64,000 bases of DNA from a virus. Taxonomy: Duplodnaviria > Heunggongvirae > Uroviricota > Caudoviricetes. Position numbers and translations under genes: made by a program. The first letter of the stretch is position 1. Every line of letters begins with the position of its first letter. The DNA lies in IMG/VR virus record IMGVR_UViG_3300010049_000009, positions 1-64,000 of that record. One strand, written 5' to 3'. This document shows positions 18,622 through 28,459 of the stretch, piece after piece. Under the pieces are notes generated by a model, which saw nothing but the letters and a program-made list of their open reading frames with translations, was not told the origin of the DNA and searched no databases.

Positions 18622-19217
18622 CAAATAAATTCCACCATACCACTATCCAAATAGAGATATGCGCCAACAATTTTTATATCACCATTTTTTTCCTTTTCAC
18701 GTAAAAAACGATATTCCCGAATTGTATTTACAGATTGTTGAACATTTGTTCGACACACCAAATCAAAGAAACCAGGATTAGACGATACGGTTTCACCACC
18801 ATAAATAATATCCGCACTTGCTCGTACCGCCGGTAGTATTGGGCGAAGTTTTCCTAACAAACCCCAATCCTTTTCCTCTGTATCAATAACACGTTTGACA
18901 GCAGCACAATTATCATGTCCCAAAACCATTACCAAATTCACGGAAGGAAAACTACAAGCAAATACCAAATCAAATAAAATTTCATTGGTAATAACATTCC
19001 CCGATGTGCGAATTGTAATAACATCACCCGCACCCAATTTAAAAATATCTTCAACCACAATACGAGAATCTATACAAGTTACTATCACCGCTTTCGGTGT
19101 TTGTTCCTTAATACTATGGGGTTTGTCGTTAACATATTCTTTGTTACGACATTTTAAAACTTCAAGTGTCGGGTGAGGCACTTCTTCTTTCTTTTTGAAT
19201 TTAAAAAAATCTTCCAT
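18618..19217 (-). CDS. beta-class carbonic anhydrase
   Basis: CIDSRIV...GDVITIRTSGNVI...VLGHDNCAAV matches the beta-CA CxDSR / HxxC zinc-ligand signatures. Confidence 0.7.
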   Translation of the reverse strand: MEDFFKFKKKEEVPHPTLEVLKCRNKEYVNDKPHSIKEQTPKAVIVTCIDSRIVVEDIFKLGAGDVITIRTSGNVITNEILFDLVFACSFPSVNLVMVLGHDNCAAVKRVIDTEEKDWGLLGKLRPILPAVRASADIIYGGETVSSNPGFFDLVCRTNVQQSVNTIREYRFLREKEKNGDIKIVGAYLYLDSGMVEFIC

Positions 19218-19224
19218 TTTGATA

Positions 19225-20049
19225 TTATTTAAGGTTTTCAGTTTCGAGTTGTAATATTTCTTTCTCCAACGATGCTGTTATTTTCATAAGTGTTTTTAAA
19301 TAAAACGTGTTTATAATCCACTTGTTTAAGTGTCGCCACCTGCGCTTATCCCAATCAGCCAATGGTGTATAAAACCCCAATAGTGTGGAACGATTATAAG
19401 CAGTAGGTGTATTAAGAAATGATTTACGAAAAGATAAAAAACTCCGCAATTCCCTAAACATAGCATGAAACACGGTGGCGCGACAAATTGTTCCACCACA
19501 ATTTTTATCACGATACAATCCCTTGAATTTTATCCAACGTTTTAAGACTTCACCCATATAATTTGCTTTGTATTTAAACTCTGCAACAATACCCCAATTG
19601 AAGAAAAACCATTTTGGTTCAATCCTAAACAAATGGTCTCTTACACCCATTTTGTATATTTCAACATTCGACTGACGGCGAATAGAATTAAACGGTGCCG
19701 GATTTTGACCAATAGCAAGATTACTCCAATCGCCAAAGAACATTTTGTTTTTACGCTCACCCCAATCACCCATAAAATAATAATCTCCGTAAGTGTCATA
19801 TTGATAATCTGCTGAAGGACAATCTGTCATTGGACAACGATACATGTCTTCTATCGAACCATTCCCATTAGGATCAGTTACATGATCTAACGACGTTTCA
19901 ACCCGTGCCTCACCAACATATTCAAGCCGCACACGAGGTCCACAAAACGCACAACGAAAATCTTCTTTCTGACCATCTATTCTATTATCACATACCCCAT
20001 AGGTTGGGGATTCATTCATACTTTCCATTTTCATATTTATTTTAAACAT
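19225..20049 (-). CDS. hypothetical Cys-rich protein (274 aa)
   Basis: ORF. Confidence 0.5.
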   Translation of the reverse strand: MFKINMKMESMNESPTYGVCDNRIDGQKEDFRCAFCGPRVRLEYVGEARVETSLDHVTDPNGNGSIEDMYRCPMTDCPSADYQYDTYGDYYFMGDWGERKNKMFFGDWSNLAIGQNPAPFNSIRRQSNVEIYKMGVRDHLFRIEPKWFFFNWGIVAEFKYKANYMGEVLKRWIKFKGLYRDKNCGGTICRATVFHAMFRELRSFLSFRKSFLNTPTAYNRSTLLGFYTPLADWDKRRWRHLNKWIINTFYLKTLMKITASLEKEILQLETENLK

Positions 20050-20167
20050 TTATATCAAATATAATATCACAAAATTATTCCGATCCTATAAAGATATTAT
20101 TCTGAATGAAATGTTTGTGTAACTAAAAATACACTATTTTCCACTGTTTCCCAATTTATTTTATTTT

Positions 20168-20184
20168 TCTATTTATAAAAAATA
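20168..20184 (+). promoter_or_regulatory. conserved upstream motif TCTATTTATAAAAAATA before the histidine kinase gene
   Basis: recurring motif family. Confidence 0.4.
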
Positions 20185-20193
20185 CAAAAAACC

Positions 20194-20958
20194 ATGAGTA
20201 TTCAAGAAGAAGAAATAAAGAAATTGAAGGAGGAAAATGAGTTGTTGAAAAAGCGTTTGGATAACGCAAACAAACTCAAATCAACCTTTCTTGCTAATAT
20301 GAGCCACGAAATTAGAACACCGTTAAACGCTATTGTGGGGTTTTCTAATTTTTTAACCGAATGTGAAGAATTAACCGAAAGTGAGCGCAACGAATTTATT
20401 AACATTATTCAACAAAATAATGATTACTTATTGAAAATCATTGACGATATTTTAGAACTCTCTAAAATTGAAAGAGATCAAGTCTTTATTAATAATGTTA
20501 AACTGAAACTAAATCAGTTTTTAGGTGGATTGATTAATGAGAATAAGAAAAAAATTAACCCCAATAGGAAAGTCGAATTAATATTAGACGATGTGGATTT
20601 TATTGAAAATTGTCTTATTGAAGTTGATGCCATAAAATTAGAGCAGATACTTAATAATCTTATTGATAATGCTATTAGATTCACATTGAGTGGATATGTG
20701 TTAGTTGGGTATAAACAAATACCGGGTTTCATTGAATTTTATGTTGAAGATAGTGGAGTTGGAATACCCAAAGAAAAATTAGAACACGTTTTTAATAGTT
20801 TTTACCAAATCAATAGTGCTATATGTCCCGATTCGGGAATGGGCGTTGGGTTATTTATTTCAAAAAACTATGTTAAAAGAATGGGTGGTGTTATGGGTGT
20901 AAGTTCAGTCGAAGGTGAAGGTAGTAGATTTCATTTTACCATACCATATCTTGTATAA
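20194..20958 (+). CDS. cytoplasmic sensor histidine kinase (HisKA + HATPase_c), no TM and no sensor domain
   Basis: H-box FLANMSHEIRTPLNAI; N box NNLIDNAIRFT; G1 VEDSGVGIP; F box FNSFYQ; G2 GMGVGLFISK; N-terminal coiled coil. Confidence 0.8.
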   Translation: MSIQEEEIKKLKEENELLKKRLDNANKLKSTFLANMSHEIRTPLNAIVGFSNFLTECEELTESERNEFINIIQQNNDYLLKIIDDILELSKIERDQVFINNVKLKLNQFLGGLINENKKKINPNRKVELILDDVDFIENCLIEVDAIKLEQILNNLIDNAIRFTLSGYVLVGYKQIPGFIEFYVEDSGVGIPKEKLEHVFNSFYQINSAICPDSGMGVGLFISKNYVKRMGGVMGVSSVEGEGSRFHFTIPYLV

Positions 20959-21034
20959 TAATTAAAACACAGATAAAAAATAAATATTTAACTATTTATT
21001 CATAAAGAATAAAAATAAATTATGATATAATGCT

Positions 21035-21526
21035 ATGAGCGATTTATTGATTAAAATGCCGTTGGTTTACGAACCATTAAGACAAAATAGGTTTCTGTTG
21101 AGGTTTCCTTCTGATCTTGGAATACAAGAATGGTGGGTAAAAGACACTGTTAGACCAACTTTGGAACTACCGTCAAAAGAAATTGAATTTATGAATACCT
21201 CAACTTGGATTACAGGAAGATACAAGTGGAAGGCAATGACTGTTAAGTTAAGAGATACTATTGGTCCTTCTACAAGTCAAGCTGTGATGGAGTGGGTACG
21301 TTTACATGCGGAATCTGTGACCGGCCGTATGGGTTACGCCGCTGGTTACAAACGTAATTGTGAATTGGAAATGTTAGACCCAACCGGTGTTGTTGTTCAA
21401 AAATGGATATTGGTGAATTGTATGTTATCAGGTGATATTAATTTCGGAAGTTTAAGTTATACATCGGAAGAAATTGCTGAAATAGATTTTTCTATACAAC
21501 CCGACTATTGTGTATTAGCATACTAA
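21035..21526 (+). CDS. T4 gp19-like tail tube protein (163 aa)
   Basis: same length as T4 gp19; collinear similarity to recalled gp19 segments (RQNRFLLRFPSDLG / RPNLFQVEISYLG; AVMEWVRLH / QKFVDWQ; IQPDYCVLAY / VTLALDYWE). Confidence 0.5.
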   Translation: MSDLLIKMPLVYEPLRQNRFLLRFPSDLGIQEWWVKDTVRPTLELPSKEIEFMNTSTWITGRYKWKAMTVKLRDTIGPSTSQAVMEWVRLHAESVTGRMGYAAGYKRNCELEMLDPTGVVVQKWILVNCMLSGDINFGSLSYTSEEIAEIDFSIQPDYCVLAY

Positions 21527-21559
21527 TACAACACAATATTTACAGAATACAAGCGAATT

Positions 21560-21590
21560 ATGATGGTATTACCATCATATATTCGTTTTG
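21560..21590. terminator. bidirectional terminator (ATGATGGTA-TT-ACCATCAT + T-rich)
   Basis: perfect 9-bp palindrome between convergent genes. Confidence 0.55.
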
Positions 21591-21784
21591 TTATTTGTAT
21601 ATGTATTGAATGTTCAACTCTTTTTCTGAACGCACGTGTTCTCTCCAATTATCAAGACACTCCGCGCTTAATTCTTGTTTATCTGACGTGAACAAGTAAT
21701 TTACGCCACCGTCATCGTCTATGATTTCTAAAAATTGAACGCCGTAGTGCATAACGTCATTTACTTTATCGTAAGCCTGTACTG

Positions 21785-22084
21785 TTAACATTGTTTTAAT
21801 ATGGTATTATTAAGTTTATTACCCATCCATTCACAAAGTCGGATTAGGTGTTCTATTGTTAAATCTGTATCGTCTGTGTATTCTTGTAATTCACATGGGT
21901 CATCACAATACTTACCGAGACAACCTATTAGTTGTTTTCTTGGATACAACTCTTCGTTATTTGTCCAACCCTTTTCAATAAGGTCGAGTTCGTGGGTACA
22001 ACCACCACAAACTTCTTGACATGATTTACAGACAAAGTGTCCTCTTAATTTCCATTCTATATTATTCATATTACAAATATACAA
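21785..22084 (-). CDS. Cys-rich small protein
   Basis: CKSCQEVCGGCTHE...CLGKYCDDPCE. Confidence 0.4.
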   Translation of the reverse strand: MYICNMNNIEWKLRGHFVCKSCQEVCGGCTHELDLIEKGWTNNEELYPRKQLIGCLGKYCDDPCELQEYTDDTDLTIEHLIRLCEWMGNKLNNTILKQC

Positions 22085-22262
22085 TAAATGCTATTTATAT
22101 AAAATTAGAATACGATATGAGTGAAAAGGATATTGAGAAATGGTTTAAGAAACAACTTGAAAGTCGTGATTTTGAAAAGACGATAAAAAAAATAATCTCC
22201 AAGAGTTTTGAAGATTATTTAACTATGATGTATCAGCAACGTCATTTTCTCAAAAACCAACT

Positions 22263-22952
22263 TTAAACACAACTTATAACACGTAAGGTGTGTGTTGAAC
22301 TATTTAACAAAGTACCTTGTGCTGTGTTCATTTCCGTAACGGTTATTCTAAACTGATAAATTTCGCCAACTTGTGCGGTTGCGGGAATAGTAACAGAAAT
22401 AACACTATTATTATTACCATTCAGATTGTAATACGGACCCGCACTTCCGGTTAACCCCCTATCCCAAATTGTTAATAGACTTGGATTATTATAGATTGTT
22501 CCACTCGGATAACTTTCTTGTGCAAATGTTGTAACATTTCCTGTTATATTTGTGTCTTTTATTCCAAAAGCAATTGTTACCACATGTCGTGTACCATTAC
22601 TTCTTCCTCTCCAACTACCACCTAAATAAACTGTGGTTTGTTGTCCAGCACAAACACCTGTGATTTGTGGTGGGTTGGGGTTGTTTGTTCTTGGTGCTGT
22701 CAAATGGTAATTTATATTAGTACCGTTACTTATATCCGGCGTATCCGGTGGTTTTAAGGTAATGATATTAATATCTTTTATTGCTTCGCCGCAGCGATTA
22801 GAAAACTTTATTGTAACGGGAAATACAGCATCTTGTTCGGGAGTGCAGGATATTTCCCCTGTTCGCTCATTTAATTGTGAACCTGGGGGTAACACACCTT
22901 CTGTGATTTCCCAAAATCCTGGTATCCCTTTATGTAAAATTTGTCGTATCAC
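22263..22952 (-). CDS. Ig-like (He_PIG-type) domain protein, 229 aa, possible capsid or tail decoration
   Basis: GFWEITEGVLPPGSQLNERTGEISCTPEQDAVFPVTI; paralogue of the 7097-7384 product. Confidence 0.55.
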   Translation of the reverse strand: MIRQILHKGIPGFWEITEGVLPPGSQLNERTGEISCTPEQDAVFPVTIKFSNRCGEAIKDINIITLKPPDTPDISNGTNINYHLTAPRTNNPNPPQITGVCAGQQTTVYLGGSWRGRSNGTRHVVTIAFGIKDTNITGNVTTFAQESYPSGTIYNNPSLLTIWDRGLTGSAGPYYNLNGNNNSVISVTIPATAQVGEIYQFRITVTEMNTAQGTLLNSSTHTLRVISCV

Positions 22953-23029
22953 AATTCTTGGTTTTTCTTATATGGATAAATATACGAAATTTTGAAATAA
23001 TTCTAAAATTAAGTAAAATAATATTCCCA

Positions 23030-23374
23030 TTAGGATTTTTCTAACATTTCGATTGCAGCACCGATATTGGGTGTGATATTTAATATAGTATCAAGTTGTG
23101 ATATAAAAATCAGGCGTTCCACCGCTTCGTTCAATCCACTGAGGATAAATTTACCACCGGCGTTTTTACACAACCTGTGGGCAACAAGAATTGCACCTAA
23201 GCCGGAAGAGTCACAGTATTTGCACATTTCCAAGTTCAAAATAATGTTCTTCTCACCATTCCCTGATATTAAGACTAATTCGGATTTGAGTGTTGGTGCA
23301 ATATGTGTGTCTAATTTTTGTTGTTGTACACTGATAACGGTGTGTGTAACGTTTTGGTCAATTTTTAAGTTCAT
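23030..23374 (-). CDS. STAS-domain anti-sigma-factor antagonist (SpoIIAA/RsbV-like)
   Basis: DSSGLG phospho-serine motif and overall STAS pattern. Confidence 0.7.
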   Translation of the reverse strand: MNLKIDQNVTHTVISVQQQKLDTHIAPTLKSELVLISGNGEKNIILNLEMCKYCDSSGLGAILVAHRLCKNAGGKFILSGLNEAVERLIFISQLDTILNITPNIGAAIEMLEKS

Positions 23375-23546
23375 TGCAATAAAATTTTTATAATAAATAC
23401 TTATTTCTTTCTATAAATATACATGTTTTTCAAAAATAAACCCCTACAAATTTTATATGTAAGGGTTTAATGGAAAAATATAATGAACTACATTAGGACA
23501 AGAATGTAGGTAAGTCAAATATACTATTTTCGTTTTACATATTAAC

Positions 23547-23565
23547 TCTATTTATATTAAAAATC
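23547..23565 (+). promoter_or_regulatory. conserved upstream motif CTCTATTTATATTAAAAAT
   Basis: recurring motif family. Confidence 0.4.
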
Positions 23566-23574
23566 GTATTTATC

Positions 23575-23982
23575 ATGAAAAAAATTAAAGTTGGAAGCGT
23601 ATTGGTTGAAACAAAACGCAACTTACAATTAACGTATGTTGGTTTGAATGAGGATAAGACACGAGCAAAGTTTGTGGGTGGAAATAATCAACAGTATTCA
23701 ATGTCTAAACAAAATTTATTAAATGGTTTGAAGGAAGGAAGAATAATGGAAACAACTGAACCGATAGAAGAAGATGGTAGTGCAGCGGGTGGTGGGGCCA
23801 TTTCGGGTGCTGGTGGTGGTGCGGGAGCAGGTGCTGCTTTTGGTGGAACGTATGACGCACCCGCTTTTGGTAAAGCACCCAAAAGTGTTATAAAGAAAAA
23901 ACCATATACTATATGCGCCGAAGAAATTAAGAAAAACGTCATTCGCCCTATAGTAGAACAACACCTTAAAAAGTATTTTTAA
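23575..23982 (+). CDS. small protein with an N-terminal GLNEDKTR domain and a Gly/Ala-rich tail
   Basis: VGLNEDKTRAKF...YSMS paralogous to the C-terminal domain of the 5837-6976 product. Confidence 0.5.
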   Translation: MKKIKVGSVLVETKRNLQLTYVGLNEDKTRAKFVGGNNQQYSMSKQNLLNGLKEGRIMETTEPIEEDGSAAGGGAISGAGGGAGAGAAFGGTYDAPAFGKAPKSVIKKKPYTICAEEIKKNVIRPIVEQHLKKYF

Positions 23983-24029
23983 TTTAATCTACTATTTATT
24001 ATTAAAATAAACGAATAATATAATTAATT

Positions 24030-25730
24030 ATGTACAAAAATAATTATGCAACCATAGAAGAGAGTATAGGTAGGATGCAGAAACTTATGGGCAACACCGC
24101 GCCGGTGGTTCGCACGGAACAAGTGCTTGGAAACATTGAAAAGGTGTATAGGGGTCATGATAATAATGCTTATGCTATTGTAAAAGAAAATTCACACTAC
24201 TATTTAAAAGTATCAGGAAAAACATCAGATTTGTCTTTGAACGATTTTGAATATTTGGGTGGAAACAGACAATGTAAAAATCTGTATGAATATAGTTCCT
24301 TTGCCAATGCAGAGAAGTTCCTTAAAGAACATTTAATTACCTTGAACCAACAGGTTAACAACCAAGAATTACTTAAAGAAGAAGCAAAACGTGTTGATAC
24401 CAACCTTGAAAAAACCGCTACTTCAACAGCAATGCGCAGTGAAATAGACCGTATTCGTGAGATTATGGAAAACACCAATAGAATTAATAAAGGTGGTAGT
24501 GCAAGTGTTGTTAAGAAATCTCTAAACGAAAAAGTAAATATCGCTAACGAAGAGAGTGGTATGATTACCGATAGTGTGAACGAAGAACCCGTAAACGAAA
24601 TTATTAGCAATGCTATTAAAAATGTTGCTAGTGGAATTGGTAATATGGGTGCCGGTGTTATTCACGGTCAAACAACAGAAGGAAGCGAAGAACCTGTGAA
24701 TGAATTTGTCAGTAACGCCATAAAAAACGTTGCTAGTGGAATTGGTAATATGGGTGCCGGTGTTATTCACGGTCAAACAACAGAAGGAAGCGAAGACGAC
24801 GAACTTGAACTCGAATTAGACGGTGATGACGAATTTGATTTAGACGACGAATTTGACAGCGAAGAAGAAAATGAATTTGAAGAAGATTTGGAAGACGAAT
24901 TTGACGGTGAAGAAGACGAAGAAATGTCAATGCTAAATGCTTTAATGGATAAGTTGAATAGTATTGAAGAAAAATTAGACGGTGCTGACAGCGAAGAAGG
25001 TGAATTTGAAATAGATTTAGACGACGATAGCGAAGGTGAATTTGATTTAGACGAATGTGGTGTAGTTGGTGAAGGTGACGATATTGAAGAAGCGTTTCTA
25101 TCTGACAAACTCAACGCAAAATATGGTACATTACCAAAACAAGCCGATGAAGCAAAAGCAAATTTTGAAAGAGTTATCACATCTTGGTTGGAAAGAGACC
25201 GACCTGGTATGAGTCCAACAGAATTAGCAAACGCACTTAAAGCAAAAATAGACGAAATAGTTGCCGAAGAAGAATCAGACGATATTGATAACCCACTGTT
25301 TGATGACCCCGATGACAGAATGACGGGTACTATGGGTGAAGCCAATATGAAAAGAATGGTTCAAAAAATTATTAAAGAAACTATTAGTACAATCGCTTCT
25401 GATGTAACAAAAGATAATTTTGGATATACTAACGCCGAACCGGATAGTAAAGGTAGAACGAGTTTTGATAACCCAAAAGCCGAAAAAGAAATTGGTTTAG
25501 GTAATCACCACGAAGATACACTTGATCAAATTAAATCAACAACAGGAAATCATTCTAAACCTTCAACAGGTAGTACACCAGCAGGTAAAGTTGCTAACGT
25601 TATTGACGATATAGAAGTTGAAATCGTTGATTGTTGTGAGTCAAAAAACAAAAAACCTCTCTACATTGTAGAACAAGACGGAACAGTTATTGGTAAAATT
25701 GCACGTGAAACGTTGAAGAAGCGTAAATAA
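24030..25730 (+). CDS. acidic protein (566 aa) with a 35-aa tandem duplication, possible scaffold or internal virion protein
   Basis: EPVNE(II/FV)SNAIKNVASGIGNMGAGVIHGQTTEGSE x2, then a D/E-rich block. Confidence 0.55.
   Translation: MYKNNYATIEESIGRMQKLMGNTAPVVRTEQVLGNIEKVYRGHDNNAYAIVKENSHYYLKVSGKTSDLSLNDFEYLGGNRQCKNLYEYSSFANAEKFLKEHLITLNQQVNNQELLKEEAKRVDTNLEKTATSTAMRSEIDRIREIMENTNRINKGGSASVVKKSLNEKVNIANEESGMITDSVNEEPVNEIISNAIKNVASGIGNMGAGVIHGQTTEGSEEPVNEFVSNAIKNVASGIGNMGAGVIHGQTTEGSEDDELELELDGDDEFDLDDEFDSEEENEFEEDLEDEFDGEEDEEMSMLNALMDKLNSIEEKLDGADSEEGEFEIDLDDDSEGEFDLDECGVVGEGDDIEEAFLSDKLNAKYGTLPKQADEAKANFERVITSWLERDRPGMSPTELANALKAKIDEIVAEEESDDIDNPLFDDPDDRMTGTMGEANMKRMVQKIIKETISTIASDVTKDNFGYTNAEPDSKGRTSFDNPKAEKEIGLGNHHEDTLDQIKSTTGNHSKPSTGSTPAGKVANVIDDIEVEIVDCCESKNKKPLYIVEQDGTVIGKIARETLKKRK
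24582..24791 (+). repeat. 2 x 105-bp in-frame tandem duplication inside the CDS
   Basis: near-identical DNA copies starting at 24582 and 24687. Confidence 0.8.
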
Positions 25731-25752
25731 TATCAATAATACATAAGGCGAT

Positions 25753-26178
25753 ATGGATAGAAATATATATGAAGCATTTCTTGAAATTAAACAAGAAATG
25801 AAAGAAGAAATATTAGAGGTGTTGGTTCCAACGATCCAACAGGTCGCCGATTCGGTTCACAACAGTAATGTTAAAACTTTGGAGGCAATAACTGCTGAAA
25901 ATAAAACATTAAAACAAGAACTTGATGGTTTACGCCGTGTTGTAATAACTAAAAATCACTTAGGAATAATATACACAATATTATTTATGTTATTATTCAC
26001 TGTTGGATTTTTATTTATTTCAAACAGACAATTGGAACAACGTGAATTAACGTTGGAAAAGGAGTTTAGAGAATTAATGGTTAAATTGATAGATTATCGA
26101 ATATTAGTTAATGACAGAGGTATTTATATCCCCGAACACAGTCCCAACTCAACTCCCGACCCAAATCCAAGAAGATAA
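25753..26178 (+). CDS. membrane coiled-coil protein
   Basis: central TM segment. Confidence 0.45.
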   Translation: MDRNIYEAFLEIKQEMKEEILEVLVPTIQQVADSVHNSNVKTLEAITAENKTLKQELDGLRRVVITKNHLGIIYTILFMLLFTVGFLFISNRQLEQRELTLEKEFRELMVKLIDYRILVNDRGIYIPEHSPNSTPDPNPRR

Positions 26179-26389
26179 AATAGGAATGGAAGAAGAGGTT
26201 TTGTGTAAGATTAATCAACTTATTATGGAGAAAACCGGTAAAAGCATTGAGGATTTAGAATATGCGCCATTACCGGAAGAGGATCATAGATACAACACAC
26301 AGCGTTTTGGTAGAGCGGAAGATATTCTAACACCAAGACAAGCAAATGAAAAAATACAAAAATTTCTATCATTAAAATTTTAAAAAGAA

Positions 26390-26421
26390 AAATCCCATTC
26401 AAACTCGAATGGGATTTTTTA
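26390..26421. terminator. bidirectional rho-independent terminator (AAATCCCATTC...GAATGGGATTTTTTATTT)
   Basis: between convergent genes. Confidence 0.65.
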
Positions 26422-26525
26422 TTTGGGGTGGGGTTTTTCTCAGGAAATGAATTTTACGTTGTGCACTACGTACCCCACAAAGCTTCACTTGACACTACTA
26501 CTGTCTCTTCGTAACTCTTCCCAAT

Positions 26526-28442
26526 TTAATTAACTTCTTCCGCTTCCTGTGGTCCACCGGCGGTTGCTTTACTGAAATCAAAATCACCAAATGGGTTGTC
26601 CGCACCCATATTAGCAAACGGATTGCTTGGGTTTCCACCACCAGGGTTATTTGCCGCATACAATCTTGTTGAAATCGGTATCCACACCTCATCCATTTTC
26701 TTTGCTAACTCATCCACCTTTTCGTGGTTTTCGGTTTTAATAACTTCCTTCAATTCGTCAATCACCGTTTGGATTTTTATTTTTTCCTCATCGGTAATTT
26801 TATCACCCATTTCGTCAATTTGTTTTTCGGTTGAGAAAATTATGGAGTCCGCCTTATTCATAGCTAAAACCTTTTCCATTTTTTTCTTATCCGCTTCGGC
26901 GTTATCTTCTGCTTCACGTTTCATTCTTTCAACCTCTTCTGACGATAATCCTGATGAAGATTGAATGGTGATATGTTGTTCTTTGTTTGTCCCTTTATCA
27001 GTTGCTTTAACAGACATAATACCGTTGGCATCAATACTAAATGTTACCTCTATTTGTGGTGTACCGCGCCTTGCCGGTGGAATACCATCTAAATCAAATT
27101 GACCTAATAGTTTATTATCATTGAAAGAGGGGCGTTCACCTTGGGCTACGCGAATGGTTACTGCCGGTTGGTTATCAACTGCTGTGCTGAAAATTTGTGA
27201 TTTTGAAACAGGGATTGTTGTGTTCGCATCAATAAGTTTTGTGAACACACTACCCATAGTTTCGATACCTAATGAAAGTGGTGTGACATCTAAAAGTAGA
27301 ACGTCTTGTGTTTCACCACTTAACACAGACCCTTGAACTGCTGCTCCAAGGGCAACAACTTGGTCGGGATGTACACTTTTGTTTGGTTTTCTCCCAAAAA
27401 ACTTCTCAACAGCCTCTTGTACAGCGGGAATACGAGTACTACCACCAACAAGAATTACTTCGTCAATATCACTTGTGGTTATACCTGCGCTTTTCAATGC
27501 TGATTTACAAGGTTCGATTGTGCGTTTAACGATAGTTTCTATCATTTGTTCAAATTTCGCACGTGTAATCGTTTGCACGAGGTGTTTTGGTACACCGTCA
27601 ACCGGCATAATGTATGGAAGATTTATTTCTGTTTGAACTGAACTTGACAACTCAATTTTCGCCTTCTCAGCGGCTTCTTTCAGGCGTTGTAATGCCATTG
27701 GGTCTTTTTTCAAATCAATGGCGTATTCCTTATTAAATTCGTCAGCAAGATAATTTATAATGACATGGTCAATATCATCACCCCCCAACCTTGTATCGCC
27801 GTCAGTGGATTTGACTTCAAACACACCACCACCGAGTTCAAGTATTGATATATCGAATGTACCCCCACCGAAGTCAAATACAGCAATTTTCATATCGTCT
27901 TTCTTATCTAAACCAAAAGCCAATGCTGCTGCCGTAGGTTCATTAATTATACGAGCGACTTCTAATCCGGCTATTTCACCCGCTTCTTTGGTTGCTTGAC
28001 GCTGTGAATCGGAAAAATAAGCCGGTACAGTGATAACTGCTTTAACCACCTCTGTTCCAAGAAAATCTTCCGCTGTTTTCCGCATTTTTTGCAGGATTAT
28101 TGCTGAAATTTCTTGTGGGGAATATTCTTTATTTTCAATTTTAACACGAATAGTGTCATTAGTACCACTTACAAGTTCGTATGCAACTTTATCCTTTTCG
28201 TTGTTGATTGAACTATATTTTTCACCCATAAAACGCTTTATGGAATAAACCGTTTTTGTTGGATTAGTTACCGATTGGCGTTTCGCGGAATCTCCCACAA
28301 CACGCTCACCGTCTTTTATAAAACCAACAATTGAGGGGGTGGTGTCCTTCCCCTCACCGTTTGGAATAACCATTGGCTTACCACCTTCTACTACTGAAAC
28401 ACAAGAGTTACTTGTGCCTAAATCTATACCTATTATTTTCAT
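26526..28442 (-). CDS. dnaK: Hsp70 chaperone DnaK
   Basis: [19 protein letters not shown]..., DLGGGTFD, full-length 638 aa with an acidic C-terminus. Confidence 0.9.
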   Translation of the reverse strand: MKIIGIDLGTSNSCVSVVEGGKPMVIPNGEGKDTTPSIVGFIKDGERVVGDSAKRQSVTNPTKTVYSIKRFMGEKYSSINNEKDKVAYELVSGTNDTIRVKIENKEYSPQEISAIILQKMRKTAEDFLGTEVVKAVITVPAYFSDSQRQATKEAGEIAGLEVARIINEPTAAALAFGLDKKDDMKIAVFDFGGGTFDISILELGGGVFEVKSTDGDTRLGGDDIDHVIINYLADEFNKEYAIDLKKDPMALQRLKEAAEKAKIELSSSVQTEINLPYIMPVDGVPKHLVQTITRAKFEQMIETIVKRTIEPCKSALKSAGITTSDIDEVILVGGSTRIPAVQEAVEKFFGRKPNKSVHPDQVVALGAAVQGSVLSGETQDVLLLDVTPLSLGIETMGSVFTKLIDANTTIPVSKSQIFSTAVDNQPAVTIRVAQGERPSFNDNKLLGQFDLDGIPPARRGTPQIEVTFSIDANGIMSVKATDKGTNKEQHITIQSSSGLSSEEVERMKREAEDNAEADKKKMEKVLAMNKADSIIFSTEKQIDEMGDKITDEEKIKIQTVIDELKEVIKTENHEKVDELAKKMDEVWIPISTRLYAANNPGGGNPSNPFANMGADNPFGDFDFSKATAGGPQEAEEVN

Positions 28443-28459
28443 ATTAAATATTTATTTTT

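Noticed and set aside
26596-28248. Plus-strand ORFs antisense to dnaK (26596-26964, 27121-27336, 27308-27529, 27379-27636, 27760-27999, 28030-28248) and similar antisense ORFs inside other large genes
   Set aside because: Shadow ORFs of a clearly conserved Hsp70 coding sequence.
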